Assembly (NCBI GenBank): GCA_964016885.1
Contig: OZ024743.1
Coordinates: forward strand, 130,138,001-130,202,000
Direction: 5' to 3'
Length of the DNA: 64,000 nt
Origin: Eledone cirrhosa
Taxonomy: Eukaryota
The notes under the pieces were generated by a model. The model did no database searches, had not been told where the DNA came from, and saw only the letters and a program-made list of their open reading frames with translations. The translations under genes were made by a program, and so were the position numbers. Positions 61,901-64,000 of this stretch are shown here, piece by piece (position 1 is the stretch's first letter; each line of letters starts with the position of its first letter).

Positions 61901-64000
61901 GGTGTTTGCTGTTTGGTGTTTGGTGTTTGCTATTTGGTGTTTGGTGTTTGCTGTATGTTGTTTGCTGTTTGGTGTTTGGTGTTTGGTGTTTGGTGTTTGG
62001 TGTTTGGTGTTTGGTGCTTGGTGTTTGGTGCTTGGTGCTTGGTGTTTGGTGCCTGGTGCTTGGTGCTTGATGCTTGGTGTTTGGTTTTTGGTGCTTGGTG
62101 CTTGGTGCTTGGTCCTTGGTGTTTGGTGCTGGGTGCTTTGTGTTTGGTGCTTGGTGCTTGGTGCTTGGTGTTTGGTGTTTGCTGCTTGGTGTTTGATGCT
62201 TGGTGCTTGGTGCTTGGTGTTTTGTGTTTGGTGCTTGGTGCTTGGTGTTTGGTGTTTGGTGCTTGGTGCTTGGTGTTTGTACTTGGTGCTTGGTGCTTGG
62301 TGTTTGGTTCTTGGTTCTTGGTGTTTGGTGTTTTGCGTTTGGTGTTTGGTGCTTGGTGTTTGGTGCTTGGTGCTTGGTGTTTGGTGCCTGGTGCTTGGTG
62401 CTTGGTGCTTGGTGTTTGGTGTTTGGTGCTTGGTGCTTGGAGTTTGGTGTTTGGTGCTTGGTGCTTGGTGCTTGGTCCTTGGTGTTTGGTGCAGGGTGCT
62501 TTGTGTTTGGTGATTGGTGCTTGGTGTTTGGTGTTTGCTGCTTGGTGCTTGGTGCTTGGTGTTTCTACTTGGTGCTTGGTGCTTGGTGTTTGGTTCTTGG
62601 TTCTTGGTGTTTGGTACTTGGTGCTTGGTGCTTGGTGCTTGATGTTTGGTGTTTGGTGCTTGGTGTTTGGTGCTTGGTGGTTGATGCTTGGTGCTTGGTG
62701 CTTGGTGTTAGGTATTTGGTGCTTGGTGCTTGGTGTTTGGTGCTTGGTGTTTGGTGTTTGCTGTTTGGTGTTTGGTGTTTGCTGTTTGGTGTTTGCTGTT
62801 TGGTGTTTGGTGTTTGCTGTTTGGTGTTTGGTCTTTGGTGCTTGGTGTTTGGTGCTTGGTGTTTGGTGTTTGGTGCTTGGTGCTTGGTGCTTGGTGTTTG
62901 GTGCTTGGTGCTTGGTGTTTTGTGTTTCGTGTTTGGTTTTTGGTGCTTGGTGCTTGGTGCTTGGTCCTTGGTGTTAGGTGCTGGGTGCTTTGTGTTTGGT
63001 GCTTGGTGCCTGGTGTTTGGTGTTTGGTGTTTGGTGCTTGGTGTCTGGTGCTTGGTGTTTGGTGCTTGGTGTTTGGTGTTTGGTGCTTGGTGCTTGGTGT
63101 TTGGTGTTTGGTGCTTGGTGTTTGGTGTTTGGTGCTTGTTGCTTGGTGCTTGATGTTTGGTGCTTGGTGCTTGGTGTTTGGTGCTGGGTGCTTGGTGCTT
63201 GTTATTTGGTTTTTGGTGCTTGGTGCTTGGTGTTTGTTGTTTGGTGTTATATGCTTGGTGTTTGATGCTTGGTGCTTGGTGCTTGGTGTTTGGTGTTTGG
63301 TGTTTGGTGCTTGGTGCTTGGTGTTTGGTGCTTGGTGCTGAGTGGTTGGTGTTTGGTGCTTGGTGTTTGGTGCTGGGTGCTTGGTGTTTGGTGCTGGGTG
63401 CTTGGTGTTTGGTGCTTGGTGCTTGGTCTTTGGTGCTTGGTGTTTGGTGCTTGGTGCTTGGTGCTTGGTGTTTGGTGCTTGGTGCTTGGTGTTTGGTGCT
63501 TGGTGCTTGGTGTTTGCTGTTTGCTGTTTGGTGTTTGTTGTTTGGTGTTTGTTGTTTGGTGTTTGCTGTTTGGTGTTTGGTGTTTGCTTTTTGGTGTTTG
63601 GTGTTTGCTGTATGTTGTTTGCTGTTTGGTATTTGGTGTTTGGTGCCTGGTGCTTGGTGCTTGGTGCTTGGTGTTTGGTGTTTGGTGCTTGGTGCTTGGT
63701 GTTTTGTGTTTCGTGTTTGGTTTTTGGTGCTTGGTGCTTGGTGCTTGGTCATTGGTGTTAGGTGCTGGGTGCTTTGTGTTTGGTGCTTGGTGCTTGGTGT
63801 TTGGTGTTTGCTGCTTGGTGCTTGATGCTTGGTGTTTGGTGCTTGGTGCTTGGTGCTTGGTGTTTGTACTTGGTGCTTGGTGCTTGGTGTTTGGTTCTTG
63901 GTTCTTGGTGTTTGGTGTTTGGCATTTGGTGTTTGGTGCTTGGTGCTTGGTGTTTGGTGCTTGGTGCTTGGTGTTTGGTGCCTGGTGCTTGGTGCTTGGT
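59000..64000 (+). repeat. Derived ~4.0-kb HOR unit (offset 3998 bp), second copy cut by the window end
   Basis: Junction signature TTGTTGC..GATGT..GCTGGG..TTGTTATTTGGTTTTT at ~59140-59215 and ~63135-63215. ORFs 59159/63157 and 59344/63342 are offset by 3998. Confidence 0.8.

Larger units (their letters stand above)
1..64000 (+). repeat. 7-bp tandem satellite (TTGGTGY)n = (RCACCAA)n, ~9,100 monomers, running off both ends of the window
   Basis: Seen directly: TTGGTGC and TTGGTGT monomers in one orientation from base 2 to the end. Single-base variants (TTGCTGT, TTGATGC, TTGGTGA, TTGGTTC, TTGGTAC, TAGGTGT) and rare 6-, 8- or 9-nt monomers are interspersed. No unique sequence seen. Confidence 0.99.
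35900..64000 (+). repeat. Satellite domain IIb: ~7.9-kb modular HOR with length-variant copies
   Basis: GGATAC at 35939, 43873 and 50355 (offsets 7934, 6482). GGAAC at 37116, 45059, 51533 and 52405. GCAGGG at 41907, 48452, 57257 and 62491. GTATTCGG at ~40506, ~55814 and ~60985. Confidence 0.88.

Noticed and set aside
2-63825. Hundreds of + strand ORFs encoding (WCLVLGA/WCLVFGV)n hydrophobic peptides
   Set aside because: The consensus heptamer has no stop codon and 7 is coprime with 3, so all three frames give the same rotating peptide. ORFs overlap in all frames, and stop-creating variants and frameshifting monomers are freely tolerated.
1-64000. CRISPR array or other repeat-spacer system
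   Set aside because: There are no unique spacers, leader or cas genes. The sequence between recurring markers is the same heptamer.
15250-64000. TTAGG (arthropod telomere motif) within GTTAGGTG variants
   Set aside because: These are isolated single-base variants (TTGGTGT followed by TAGGTGT) spread by HOR duplication. No tandem (TTAGG)n was seen.
1-64000. Identity with cyanobacterial STRR heptamers or the Drosophila virilis AAACTAC satellites
   Set aside because: Only the monomer length is shared. The sequences differ, and bacterial heptamer tracts are short and lie between genes rather than forming gene-free arrays of 64 kb or more.
1-64000. Pure sequencing or assembly artefact
   Set aside because: Nested duplications with consistent shared and private variants and whole-monomer indels fit a real evolutionary history. 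Individual copy numbers and junctions still need read validation.
1-64000. Transposon, rRNA/tRNA, promoter, terminator or hairpin elements
   Set aside because: No non-satellite sequence was seen. The near absence of A on the + strand and the lack of inversions preclude substantial inverted repeats.

Overview
The whole 64 kb window is one uninterrupted, head-to-tail 7-bp satellite array of about 9,100 monomers (64000/7). The consensus is TTGGTGY (TTGGTGC/TTGGTGT; opposite strand GCACCAA/ACACCAA), with a secondary monomer TTGCTGT. I saw no unique sequence, inversion, transposon, RNA gene or credible protein-coding gene. The ORFs in the track are by-products of a stop-free heptamer, giving WCLVLGA-type peptides on + and KHQAPST-type peptides on -. 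The informative signal is higher-order structure, read from rare variant monomers. Domain I (1 to ~14.8 kb) is an A-B-A'-B' dimeric higher-order repeat (HOR) of 6125/6124 bp that decays into a scrambled junction. Domain IIa (~14.8-35.9 kb) is a mosaic with a 2.1-kb tandem duplication and 5.5-7.9-kb offsets. Domain IIb (~35.9-64 kb) is a ~7.9-kb modular HOR with deletions and duplications. The architecture resembles eukaryotic (peri)centromeric or subtelomeric satellite, but the organism and function cannot be determined from sequence alone. I find no evidence for a new gene-encoded system. Offsets come from marker positions and the ORF track read by eye, and block boundaries are approximate.
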